A DNA stretch of 64,000 nt from Pecten maximus. Taxonomy: Eukaryota. Position numbers and translations under genes: made by a program. Shown here one piece after another: positions 1 through 12,159 of this stretch; position 1 is the stretch's first letter, and each line of letters starts with the position of its first letter. The notes beneath the pieces were generated by a model that saw only the letters and a list, made by a program, of their open reading frames with translations, searched no databases and was not told where the DNA came from. The stretch covers positions 17,608,001-17,672,000 of the forward strand of contig NC_047016.1 of NCBI RefSeq assembly GCF_902652985.1, given 5' to 3'.

Positions 1-2264
1 ACTTGTTATTGTATATAATTATCTTGTTGTCAATACAGGTTCATGATTGCACCAATATATTTTATGGCTTACACTATTTAATGTTTATCATACAATGTTG
101 TTGGACCATTCACAGTGAAATAATCAAGTAACTAGTAAAGTCGTAAGTGATTTGCGACCGCCTTTTGTTCGGCGTGGTAAATAATTTACATTTTCGACAT
201 ATAAACCAAGAAAGCCACAACAATCAGTGGTTTGGTTACCATTATTTTACAGTCACATTTGGCTTTTCATTTAGGGAAGTAATTACTACTTGATATACAT
301 TAATATTATTACAATTATATATTAACACAAATTACTTTTGTTAAACATAAACCACGATATTCAATATTTAGATGTGCCTGTGCAAATCAATATAGCAATA
401 TGCTTACGTTATTTTATTATATAAACCATTAATGAACACATGTATGATCATTAACCTATTCTGAAAAGGGGCCGAGGGTCTTGAAGAAGTTCTGTCTGCA
501 TCACCCAGGACAATATGTGCGGCGATATACTGAACACCTAATACGAAATTATATATTTGTATACATCTTGTACATGTTATATGTATTTTAAACTGATAAT
601 GGAGTTCTCCCATAAAAATCAACTTTATGAATTTTAATATATATCAAAGTTTGTTAAAAGCACATTTCATTTCAAATAGTTTATACCGGGTTTCTACAAG
701 TATCACAATTGCACGTACAAATACGTTCTAATATAAACCTACCTAAAATGAGTCTCAAAATGACCACGTCGACTGTGTGTAGGCAGTGGCCGTCTCAGCT
801 ATCCTCCCGTCGAATGCAGGACAGAGATAATGACCACAAGATCTAGACAATACCTGGACACATACAAAGTTGACGTCACACAGGTAAACTGGACATACGT
901 GCACAGCTATAACATGATATAATGAATGGCTCGCCATATCAAACAGAACCGACCGATTTCACACAATTTGTTATACTGTACTATATGCATATGTGTAACA
1001 GGGGCCGGACGCGATAAAAAAAGGTAGACGAACATACTTAAAACCCATTCCTTATCATAATTTAGAATATACTATTGCAAAAATGAAGGGTGAACCGGTA
1101 ATAAAATGTTCATATGATAAAAATCTAAGTAATAATAATACCATTTAACATGCAAAAATAATTTTAATGGCCACTTTAATTATAACCAGTATAATATTTG
1201 ATTGCATCCTGAATGCTAAGTCCGGACATGTGTATTGGTTATGTATTAGAAAACAGTTATAATGTTATTATGAGTTATAATAGCAAGCATAACATTTAAC
1301 GCCGACAACTCATTTGGAAGCGTTTTCCTCCTAGGGATATTCGGCGGTAAAAATGACCAGATAAAAAAACTGGCCGTAATATTTTTGTCAGTAGCATACC
1401 AGGATGAAGGGATACTAAGTTTTTTCAGATGAATGAATATTAAGGTCAAAAGGGTGATTTTTAACAGCTTCCCATTATCCAAAAGGTCAAGGGTCATGGC
1501 ATTAGTACTGTACCACCTTGACCTACTTTCTTGAAGACAGGTGTCAAATGTATTAATTCATTTTTCAAAACAAAATCATCAGTGTGGATTTCAGAACTCT
1601 GGGCCTGCTGACTGTCTAATTTCTTTGAGACTAATTATACATTGATAATCACATCTACCATTCTATAACCCGTCAAATTAATATGTATTCGTTCGTCCGT
1701 CCGTCGTTAACTTTCGTTTGTCTGGCAATTCCTTTCATTTTTCGACCGATCACTTAATTTTTTTTTATTTTTTTATTTTTTTTTTTTCAAATGTCTAGAC
1801 ATAATCTCAAAACAGTACAGGGACAGATAAATAAAATACATACACACACGTGATGGTGTATATACAACACATACACACCAACAGTGCATATGTGATCCGT
1901 GATATAAGTTTAACACAAATGCTTCTAGTTGTATTGTGCAAAATCTTACTGAAATTGGATAGCAATTATAGCGAAATCCCATAACACAAACACGCTTGAG
2001 CAATTGTGGCATGAAATATTTGTAGTAAGTTTCATAAAAATCCGTTGATAAATAAAGGCTAGAGAGTGCTAACAAGGAAAACAGGCACAGGCGGACGGAC
2101 AGCGCAGTGTATACCATAATAATAATAAGTATATATGATAAGAAATGCATGAGCGAGCATATATTTCCTTGAATGAGCAAGATAATATATTATTGTTACT
2201 GGTAGGTATCATGTACTATATACTTGCGGAAATTCTATTATTTGTTATTTTTTGGGGATACATC

Positions 2265-2660
2265 TTTAGTTCACCTAGTCCGAAGGACCGAGAAGCGCTT
2301 ATGCCATACCATGGCGTCCGTCGTCCGTCCGTCCGTCAACACAATTTAATTTTTCTTCTGAACCGATGATCATAATTTAACCAAATTTGGTAGAAAGTAT
2401 TTCTAGGTGGCTGGGATTCAAATTTATACATATGATGGGGCTTACCAACAGGGGCCCGAGGGGCGGGGCCAAAAGGTGTCCATTTGGCAATATTGATATA
2501 AACGACTTCATCTCTGGACCTAAGCAATGTATGAGATTGATATTTCAGTGGTAGCATCCCCAGGTGGCTGGGATTCAAATTTATACAAATGATTGGCTGA
2601 TCTCCCAGGGGCCTCAGGGGCGAGCGCAAAAGGGATCATTTTAACTATATTGCTATAAAG
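2265..2660 (+). mobile_element. Helentron-associated non-autonomous element (HINE-like), partial
   Basis: Starts tttagttcacct..., then a (GTCC)n microsatellite and ~160-bp internal repeats (ggtggctgggattcaaatttataca twice). Confidence 0.7.
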
Positions 2661-3425
2661 GACTTCTTGCATTTTTGATAAGATAAAGAGATGAACACAA
2701 TCCGGATGTATTACTGTACGTATACCTAATATTAATTAGGATTGTCACATGTATAGATGGAACCATGCTATCCCTCATTTTATTTTATACCGGGAATCTC
2801 ACAGGCTTTGTAAGAGGGATAATCGTGGCGGATGTTTTGTTTTTCAGATACAGGTGTTCATGTTTGAAATTCTAAATGATTTAGTCACCTTCCAATCATT
2901 CTAGGCCCGATCAGCTGTCAAGCTATCATAATACCATCTATTATTGTCAAAGTGAACTAAAGGTAGGTCCGAATCCCCTCCACTGTTACATCAATCAAAT
3001 CCATATTTCCACTGTCGTGTAGCCGTTAAGGAATGGTCTTTAAGGTGGCGGATTAAGATAATCACAAAAGATAATAGTGTATCAAAGCTACACAATGACT
3101 TGTTCATACGAATAATCTGAGACGAGTAAAAAGTCTAACTCATAAATATTGAAACTCTATATTACAACATTTATCGGATTTTTGTTTATGTATGGTAGTG
3201 AATTATTGTTAGCAGTGACTGTTTTGAAAAGTGACAGTTTGAAATGTCAAATATTACATGGGTAATGTTTACGAACGTGCAGGAAATATCAACAGTCTAA
3301 CAATAATATACCAACACCTGACATGTGTATAGCAGTACTGGTGATTCCAATTGTTCGCAAATAACTGATAGAAAGACTGTCATGGGAAAATCACAGTCAA
3401 CGGTGCACAACATCTTGCTGTCGTA

Positions 3426-3975
3426 CAAGGGCTGATTGATAAGTTATGAAGCTCGTATTGAAGGAGGTATTCAAGGATGTTCTTTTTAAGTCCTACTATT
3501 CTCTGACTATATAGGGCCGTGTAACCAAGGACTTGTCCCATTTGGTTGGTTATATCGACGAGGTAGAACTTTAAAGTAAACAAGATAAGCGGCTTTTTGC
3601 AAAATGAACAAAATCGGTTAGGATTAGTGTTAGGGTGAAAAAGTCTGTCATTGCCATGGTTGCCATTCACGATTGTGGCTTTAAATTCAGTGAGCATCCG
3701 CCTTTTCCACCCGATCTCGCTCCATGAGACTTTCATCTATTTCCAAAATTAAAAAGAGCTATTTCAGGCACTATAACCCTAAACCTAACCCTAGCATGCA
3801 GTGGATGACTTTCTGAACAGCTAAGAAAAGAAGTTCTATAAATGTGGTATCGATGTCCTTAAACACCGTTGGCAAAAGTGTAGATACGTAAGGGGATAAT
3901 GTTGAGAAAATAAAATATGCCAGTCAAAATTTAAATCGTTCAATACGAGGCTCACAACTTTTCAATCAGACCTCG
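3426..3975. mobile_element. Tc1/mariner-type MITE
   Basis: TIRs ta|caagggctgattgataagtt ... aacttttcaatcagacctcg|ta with TA flanks. An inverted sister copy lies at 38990-39501. Confidence 0.8.
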
Positions 3976-5279
3976 TAGCAGCTCCAATTCCATCCTTTGT
4001 AGACTGCGGGAACTCATTTTTCATGGACACTGTTCATGGTGATTCTTAATGTTTTCTGATAGCTGGTTTTTTTCTGTTTTAAAAATCTCGAAAATGGACA
4101 AAAAATCCACGGTAACTGGTCGCGACCCAGAAACCCTCGTCCTTTTTTTTTTTTTGAAGTTATCCCAAACTATCATACTACAGACTCTAAGAGGGAAGTT
4201 TCACACGGTCTTGCTATAATTCTCAACAGGTATTTCATTCATGATAACATGTAGTAAGTAATTGAACCTTTATTACATGTTACTTACTCATAGGAATGCG
4301 TCGATCCCATGTGGATACGATTGAAATAACTACTGAATGACAAAATATTGTATACATTGACCAACGGCTGCGCGCTTACACTGGCTTTGCCTAAAATATA
4401 TTGATAGCATGCCTCATAACACGTGCTTTTCCGATATCAGTTATTAGAAATAGAATTCTCTTTATGTCCATCAAGGAACTAAATCGCGATCTAACTATCT
4501 AAGTCCCTGTTTAATTGATCAAATATATAAATACAAACCAAATTTGTAAAAGTAAAAATTTAGAGTAACAATTGATTTTTGTGGGAAAAATCGTATCTAC
4601 CGTTTTCATTGAGAATGACGATAGTTAGTTGAAATGCTTAACGACACATCAACACTATAAAGGTCATAAGGGCCAAAACAAGTGATTGAAAATACAAGCA
4701 AAATGGACAAGACACAAAATCACAGAAAAAAAACGAAACATTTAAAAATGAAGATATATATATCGGTACCCTCATAATCAGTTAAAAATCAAAAAGTGGC
4801 TATTGTCACTCAAATCTTGTGCATCAGAACACTTACTTTTAGATCAAAAGTTTATATATACTAACAGACTCGAACAGAGTCTTCAGACTTGCCATGCTGT
4901 TGTTAAAACTCTTTTTGGTAAGTTGTAGATCAATGCAATCCAGTAGAAAGTGTTTAACGGTAAATGGTTCATTGCACCCGATGCACTGAGGCTTGTCCTC
5001 ACGCTTCAATAAGTAGGGATATGTTAAACCAGAGTTGTTCGTTTATGAAATAAGGACGCACGGAGCTGGTGATTTTTATGTAGTTTTCAGACGAGCATCA
5101 AAAATGACGTTTCAAAACATGTACTACTATTTTAACGATTTATGAAATATACAAGTATTTAATCAAAGTACATACAAAAAAAAACAATTTCTAGTATAGT
5201 AAAATGATAAGAGATTTGATTCAAGTACAGACATTTGAACTGAGATAACATGGCTATAAAATGACGGCTGAGTGCCGTT

Positions 5280-5825
5280 AATTTGGTTTGGTTTGGTTTA
5301 TTTTGTTTAACGTCCTATTAACAGCTAAGGTCATTTAAGGACGGCCTCCCGTGCGGTGCGTGCGACATGCATGCGTGTGACGAGTGCATATGTGTGTTTT
5401 GGGAGGCTGCGGTATGTTCGTGTTAAGTCTCCTTGTGATAGGCCGGAACTTTTGCCGATTTATAGTGCTACCTCACTGAAGCATACTGCCGAAGACACCC
5501 AGCAGCACACCCCACCCGGTCACATTATACTGACAACGGGCGAACCAGTCGTCCCACTCCTAATATGCTGAGCGCTAAGCAGGAGCAGCAACTACCATTT
5601 TTAAAGACTCTGGTATGTCTCGGCTAGGGGACAGAACCCAAAGCCTTCCTCACAGCGGCGAACGCTCAACTTAAGGCCAAAAGTGAGGCATTGTCAAGGG
5701 AGACATTAGGAAGAAGAAAGTTGTTCAGAAAGAAAAGAAAAGATAAGATCCCAAATTAAGCCGCCTATTACGATCATGCAATGGGGGCAGCAGGTACAAT
5801 TCTTACGCCCTACCTGCGGGGCAGA
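5280..5825 (-). mobile_element. Full-length tRNA-derived SINE (MetaSINE-like core, LINE-like tail) with structured 5' extension
   Basis: 10-bp TSD gagtgccgtt at 5270-5279 and 5826-5835. Has a degenerate tRNA-like head, a core gtcagtataatgtgaccgggtggggtg, and a tail atgaccttagctgttaataggacgttaaac + (AAACC)n. Further copies at 8138, 13359 and 35678. Confidence 0.85.
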
Positions 5826-5865
5826 GAGTGCCGTTTATGTCAAGTCTTAGATGCAATGATTTATA

Positions 5866-6363
5866 ACAAGAGGCCCATGGGGCCTGTATCGCTCACCTGG
5901 TTGGATTTGACCAAATGTCAAATTAATTCGATATGTCTGTCAACCTCAAACAATGCTATAGATGGTTATAGTGTGGGAATCCCAACTGTTTTTAAGAAAT
6001 AACGAAGTCCAGACACTCTAGGTTTACATCATGCAATCATAACTTTATGACTAGTAGCGATTTAAAGGAATTACAATTATTTCTTCTATGGGGTCCCGCC
6101 CCTTTGGTCCCTTTGGGGTCAAAGTCATCATTAATGCAAAATCTGTTTTGCTTTCTCCAAGGATGTTTCTGATCAAATTGGGTTCAAATCCATTCATACC
6201 TGAATGACTAGTAGCCATTTAAAGGCATAACCTCTATTTCCACTAGTGAGCCCCGCCCCTTTGGTCCCTTGGGGGAGTAACAATATGAAGTAAATGTTGA
6301 CGGACGACGGACGCCGCGCCATGACATAAGCTCACCGGACCTTCGATCCAGGTGAGATAAAAA
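5866..6363 (-). mobile_element. HINE-like element
   Basis: Terminal hairpin aggcccatggggcct, subterminal gctcacctgg/ccaggtgag inverted repeats, GGAC microsatellite and duplicated internal unit. Confidence 0.75.
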
Positions 6364-6689
6364 TGATAATTTTCTTTGTAAATACGGCAAATGCCATGTA
6401 CATGTATCAAGAATATTAGATGAACAATTCCAACCAACGTCGGTCAAATCATTTGAATATATAAGTTGGCCATTTCACTTTATTCGTAAAAGTTAAGACA
6501 TTAAAACGTATTCAATACATTATTTCCCCGTGGTAAAATCAATAGAAAACAAGCATTTCTTAAAATATCTTGATGACGGAATCACAATTAATAAATGTGG
6601 TCATTGTTGTACATGTTGTTTCTTATACCTTTTAATTTAGGCTATCTCATATATGAGTCTTTCTTATGTACATCCTCAAACGTTCCAAG

Positions 6690-7240
6690 CGTTCCTAACA
6701 AGGTCCTGTTGAATCGCTCACATACGGGGTTTTCCATTGGCTAGTATAGTCTTGTATGAGTCTTGCTTATGACAGTGGTGTTACACATCTCCGTGATGAT
6801 GTTCCTCCCTTGGTCCATATGGATCCGTTTTGAAATTCCGTCATGCGCGATGAAATGTTAGAAAAACGCATATATAGTAGCGATAGCTGTCTTATTCCTT
6901 GTTGGTACTGCTTCTACATAATGTGTTAAATGGTTATCACCAGAACATTCACATATCCTCATTTATATTTCTCCAGACTTCGATAATCAATACTTACTAA
7001 CTCATGATATAATTGGTACAAGCGGTGATCTGCCGTCAATAGCTTTTCACCGGATATAATGGTCACATTTCTTGACATATTCCTGAACATCCTTCGCCAT
7101 TACTGGCAAATAAACCATGTCTCGAGTCAAAGACATCCCCATATCCCTGGCTTGTCTGGTGACCCATCTCGTCCTGTAGCACTTTGAATACCGTCGATCT
7201 GTGGCTGCTTGATAAAACCACTCGATCTTTGACACATTCA
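6690..7240 (-). pseudogene. Degenerate Gypsy LTR-retrotransposon integrase fragment
   Basis: Minus-strand translation gives YLPVMAKDVQEYVKKCDH (zinc-finger region), AVPTRNKTA, RIHMDQG and PMENPVCERFNRTLL, broken by stops and frameshifts. Confidence 0.75.
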
Positions 7241-8137
7241 TCAGTGATGGTAACTTAACGTGGAGCTGCGCTCTTGTTTTGAAGAATACCCTCCTTCTGT
7301 GGCTTCTGGTTGATTTCTACGGTTTATCTACACCCGGAAAGGTCTTAATACAGTCTGACGTAGTCTTAGGAAGTTATCATTCTTTTTTTAATCTGCGATA
7401 TTCAACAGGTAATCAGTATATTTATATTGCTGAAGTTTTTTAAAAATCTGACAGAAGAAAAATTATCATATGTCGCTCTTCCTCACATATATCCTGACAC
7501 GCCCTCCCTTTTTGTCTTCTGCAGCATTCAAATTATAATCATAGAGGCTTCATGTTGTAAGAGGTATGAACCCTGAGTTCCACCTGGCATACCTCAACTT
7601 TGCTCGGTTCAATTCAATTTGAAAACAAAGACTAGTATATCGGATAAGAAACCAATCAACAAATTTAAATAACAACAAGAAATTTATTGTCAGTCAAGTA
7701 GTAATATCCTCAGTGTCAAGTATATATGATATGAAATATATAGCATACATATGAAAATACAGGTAAGTTACATGATATACGTTTACGCAGGGTTTAATAT
7801 CAAAACCAAATCAAATAACAAACTATTTCCTCAATCTATATGTTCACTAAGTAGCAACGTTCCGAATAACGTAAAACAAATATAGCGAACTTATTACATG
7901 TTTTTAAAGTAGCAGATTTCTACTTCAAAAGCATGTAATACGTTCCCTATATTTTTAAATAACCTTGATCAGTCTCCATTGTAGCAGAGAATATTTTGTT
8001 GATTAAATCATCAACAAACAATAAGAGTCCTTTCCAATTTATTGTGCGCAGTTCAAATTCCATTGAACGCGAATCAACTCTATTTGTGAAACAGCCATTT
8101 GAAGATGTACGAAATTATGCAAGGTTTTTTAAAGTAT

Positions 8138-8669
8138 GTAGGTAGGGCGAAAGAATTGTACCTGTTGCCCCCATTGCATGATCGTAAGAGGCGACTAAAC
8201 TTGGGATCTTATCTTTTCTCTTCTTTCTTGATAACTTTCTTCTTCCTAATGTCTCCCTTGACAATGCCTCACTTTTGGCCTTTAGTAGAGCGTTCGCCGC
8301 TGTGAGGAAGGTTTTGGGTTCTGTCCCCTGGCCGAGACATACCAGAGTCTTTAAAAATGGTAGTTGCTACTCCTGCTTAGCGCTCAGCATATTTGGATCG
8401 GGACGACTAGTTGGCCCGTTGTCAGTATAATGTGACCGGGTGGGGTGTGCTGCTGGGTGTCTTCGGCAGTATGCTTCAGTGAGATAGCACTTTAAATCGG
8501 CAAAAGTTCCGGCCTATCACAAGGAGACTTAACACGAACATACCGCAGCCTCCCAAAACACACATACGCACTCACCACACGCATACATGTCGCACGCACG
8601 GGAGGCCGTCCTTAAATGACCTTAGATGTTAATAGGACGTTAAACAAAATAAACCAAACCTAACCAAAA
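8138..8669 (+). mobile_element. MetaSINE-like element, near full-length, inverted relative to 5280-5825
   Basis: Aligns end-to-end with the reverse complement of 5280-5820, including the 5' structured module and the (AAACC)n tail. Confidence 0.85.
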
Positions 8670-8888
8670 TCGTGTCTGCCTCGCACAATAGCTTACCTCA
8701 TATTTTACCAGTTGTTATTCTTCAGATTTCAGTGAAATGATAAAGTTAAGTAAATTCCTTATAGTCAAATCCCTGGGCTTTGACAGCACTTGTAGTCATT
8801 ATAAACGGCCTTCAGTTTGAAAAGGTACGGGAAAAGCTGGTGTAAAAACAGGTGAACCTTTAAATATAACGTAAAATATACTATAGGC

Positions 8889-9390
8889 TGTAACGTCCCG
8901 TTACGTTACATATTTAAGAAAGGGGCTATCATTGTCTTTCAATAATTTATCAACCTCCTAGTATGTGGATTAATACCCGGCCCTGCTTCATAGCAAGGTT
9001 TATGTCCCCTTTCCAGACCGGGGATTAGTTATTGATTACCTCCCTTGTGGGGGAGGGGGTAAGAAAGTAGGTTTTTTGTTGAATAGTATGGAAGTTTATG
9101 TATAGACTAGGGTATGTAATTTTTACCCCTTTTTGCCTATGGGGTCATAATCATAGATTACCATTTCTTTCTCGGGGTTCTGTTTTCAATTTACTAGGTA
9201 TTTGATGTGAATTTACCGTTTGTGTTACTTGTTAAGTTTGGAGATTTAATACTTATAGCTATCATCCCGTGACTTTCCCCTTGTTTAGCTATTCCATTTA
9301 CACATGTTTTGTTAATAAATTATTAAACTCATTTTAAACTTTTTATTTCGCTTTCCAACGTAACCCGCCGGGATCTGAAAGAACATGACA
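8889..9390 (+). mobile_element. Possible solo LTR
   Basis: TGTAAC...ATGACA termini and an internal AATAAA at ~9314. No matching TSD was found. Confidence 0.3.
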
Positions 9391-10839
9391 GTGGGAAGTA
9401 ATGAAGAATGGGTGCAAAATCATATACCATCTTAAAAAACAACGCGAAGTACAATACTACTTAAAATAAGGCAATCATAATTTTGTAAAAGGAAAAGGAA
9501 ATTCCAATGAACTGTTTCCGCGATAAGAACCTTCAGCACAAATAAATTATTTCACTGTGATAGCAGCTCAGTCTCAACCAGAATAACCACTTGTACGTCT
9601 TAGGTGATTTTATCTGATATATTATAGTTATTTTCCAGTACAGGAACAGAACAAACTCATCTATACTGGACTCAATTAGTATTCTACAACTTGTGTTTAA
9701 AGTTCATTTCTAGTTATGGTTGCCTTATTATTATTTAAAATGTCCTGATTTTTCCCTTTTCCATGTAATCTATTTTTGTAAGTGTTTATATTTGTCATCG
9801 GGGCGTGGTACAAGAACTAAGTCTTTCGTTCTTTTGAATCGTTTTATTATATACGGGGCAAATAATGCAATAGACAAGACAAACATTCATACAACATAAT
9901 ATGTATTCACCAACGACGAACGCGAAAAATTCACACAACCACACTCACATCTCCCTCAATTTACTATGCCTCTGGCGACATACACTTGGTAAACTGTTGA
10001 AAGTATATCAAGCAAAGGTATTGTTGCTGGACCGCTCGCGAGTACGTCCTGCAATCAAAAGAGGGTTAAGTTTGGAGAGGGTAAGAGGAATGCTAAGGAA
10101 GTGACGTAGATGGGTGTTAGAATTGGAAAAGCATGCAATGCAGGTGCTTTGGTCAAGTGCTGAGTTCATCTTTCATGTCAAGTCGGACCGGTTTGTCCAC
10201 ATTCTACAGGACACGTACACTGTACAATTACGTAAACAAATCACACAAGTACATTACACAATATGTACTTGACATATACACGTAAAGGTATTGGGCCTAG
10301 GCCCTGGTCACATATTCTAAGCAGTTACATATTTTTAAAGTTCTTATGACGAAAGTTGTGCTTCTTAGCGTTGTCCTTCATTGTTGCGGAATTAACATCT
10401 TTGAGTTTCCTTGGCCGCTGTTCCGTTTCCAGACGTCTTTTCACAGTTTTATGGTTGCTCTTCATTGCACTGTCTCTTATCTATCAATATCGCTTGCCTT
10501 CAATGGAGCCCAAACCGATTAGCGAAATCCAGATGTGATCGTACTAACATTTTGTGAAGTAAAAGGTTTAATTATCCATGAAACGATATGTTCTTCTTAA
10601 AAGTCAAAAAAATGGTTATCTTTATTAACATTCTCAATAAAGTGGTTTTCAAAGGCAATTTCTGTATCTACCGTTACGCTAATATCATTTTCCTTACTGT
10701 TTTTTTTTCAAATTTTTTTCCTAGCATTTTTGTTCAGTTGTTCCTTCGATATCTTGTTGTATGCGTTCGATATGAATATGCATGCAGGTGTTGCTCCAGG
10801 TATTCATCGTGTCCAGATCCTGCTGTAAAGTGCGTCTGT

Positions 10840-11330
10840 CCTCTTGTTATGTAGTCGGCAAACATGTAAATATCGGAGTTTACTATTTCTTGCAGTTGGT
10901 TAATAAATATCACTAACAGCAGAGGGCCAAGCACTAATCCCTGACGTGATATCTGTCGGAATCCACAACTTGTATGATACGCGTTGCTTTGTTCCAATAT
11001 CCATTGTATAGTTTCATCCTAAATTCCATAAGCACATAGTTTGTCTGCAGAAATATATCAAGTGATCTCGAACTATTGTTTTCATCACATTACAGACGAC
11101 AGATGTCAAACTGAGAGGTCCATGGTTCCCTGCAACGTATTCGTCTCCCTCCTTGCATGTAGCACATACTATAGCTCCTTTATTAATGTTTGGTTGAAAA
11201 TTATAGTAGGAGGGCGGGAAAGAGCGGAGGAGGACATTTGTTTTTAATTTTGTGTGCATGTTGTCTGGTCCTGGAAATTTGTACAATGCAAATATTTCAG
11301 ATAAACTTTTCAGATTTTGCAATTCTAAAC
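10840..11330 (-). pseudogene. Degenerate CR1/L2-group LINE reverse transcriptase fragment
   Basis: PGPDNMH, GNHGPLSLTSVVCNVMKTIVRDHL, QGLVLGPLLLVIFIN and MFAD are RT motifs, with disablements. Confidence 0.75.
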
Positions 11331-11394
11331 ACATGTGTAACCCACAATAATCTCATCTAACATCAATTTATTTATCAACAGCTGCTCATTAATG

Positions 11395-11702
11395 AATATA
11401 ACATTTGATCTTACCTCAATAAATATGAAATTTGATTTGACATCAAGATTAATATTACATATGAGCTTAATAAATAATAATAATAATCACATATGACCTC
11501 AATGAAAACTATATATGACCTTAATAGATATCACATCTTACCTTACAAATATCACATCTGACCTCAACAAATATAACATTTGACCTCAATAAATATCACA
11601 TTTGACCTTAATAAACATCACATCTAACCTTAATAAACATAATATGTGACCTCAATTAATATCACATCTGACCTCAATAGATATCAAATTTGACCTTAAT
11701 GA
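11395..11702. repeat. ~21-bp diverged minisatellite (atatcacatttgacctcaata)
   Basis: About 13 imperfect tandem copies are visible. Confidence 0.85.
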
Positions 11703-12159
11703 ATATTGTAATAGATCTTTGAGCAACATTTGTTTGCAATAAATGACTACTCAAGAACATCTTTGCTACAAACAACCTCAAAATAGTGTAATAAATTATT
11801 AATAAAATGTTTTTAAAACTGCATGACCTCAAATATATTTAGAATGACATAATTTTTTCATCTCAAGAAATCTCAATAAATGAATGAAGACTCAGTTGAA
11901 ATTATCTTTTTTCATAATAATTTTGAGAATAAGTCACATAGGCATGTATGTATGTATGTAAAACATTGAATTTCGAACTATATTATAAGGAACATAGTCA
12001 CAGCCTATATTAACCTGTGAAAATGTGTACCCCTGTCTGGATATACTACACTGTATATTTTAATGAAGATCATATTTATCACAAACAGTACAGTTCGGTT
12101 CAGTAATTGTACATGTTCATAGTTGTACATGCATTTCATATAACTGTTCTGAAGAAAAT

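Noticed and set aside
456-940. Possible minus-strand exons (456-530; donor at ~742) of a gene running off the left edge
   Set aside because: Splice-like signals exist, but there is no recognisable protein or consistent open frame; these could be UTR exons.
5745-5825. Calling the SINE 5' module an HDV-like ribozyme
   Set aside because: Only 14 nt lie between the P1 strands, too short for P2/P3/L3, and there is no UCC-CG L3. Left as an unclassified structured RNA candidate.
7495-7520. Polypurine tract + TGTCA (minus strand) as an LTR boundary for the Gypsy fragment
   Set aside because: It lies on the wrong side of the integrase remnant for a single intact element, and no partner LTR was found.
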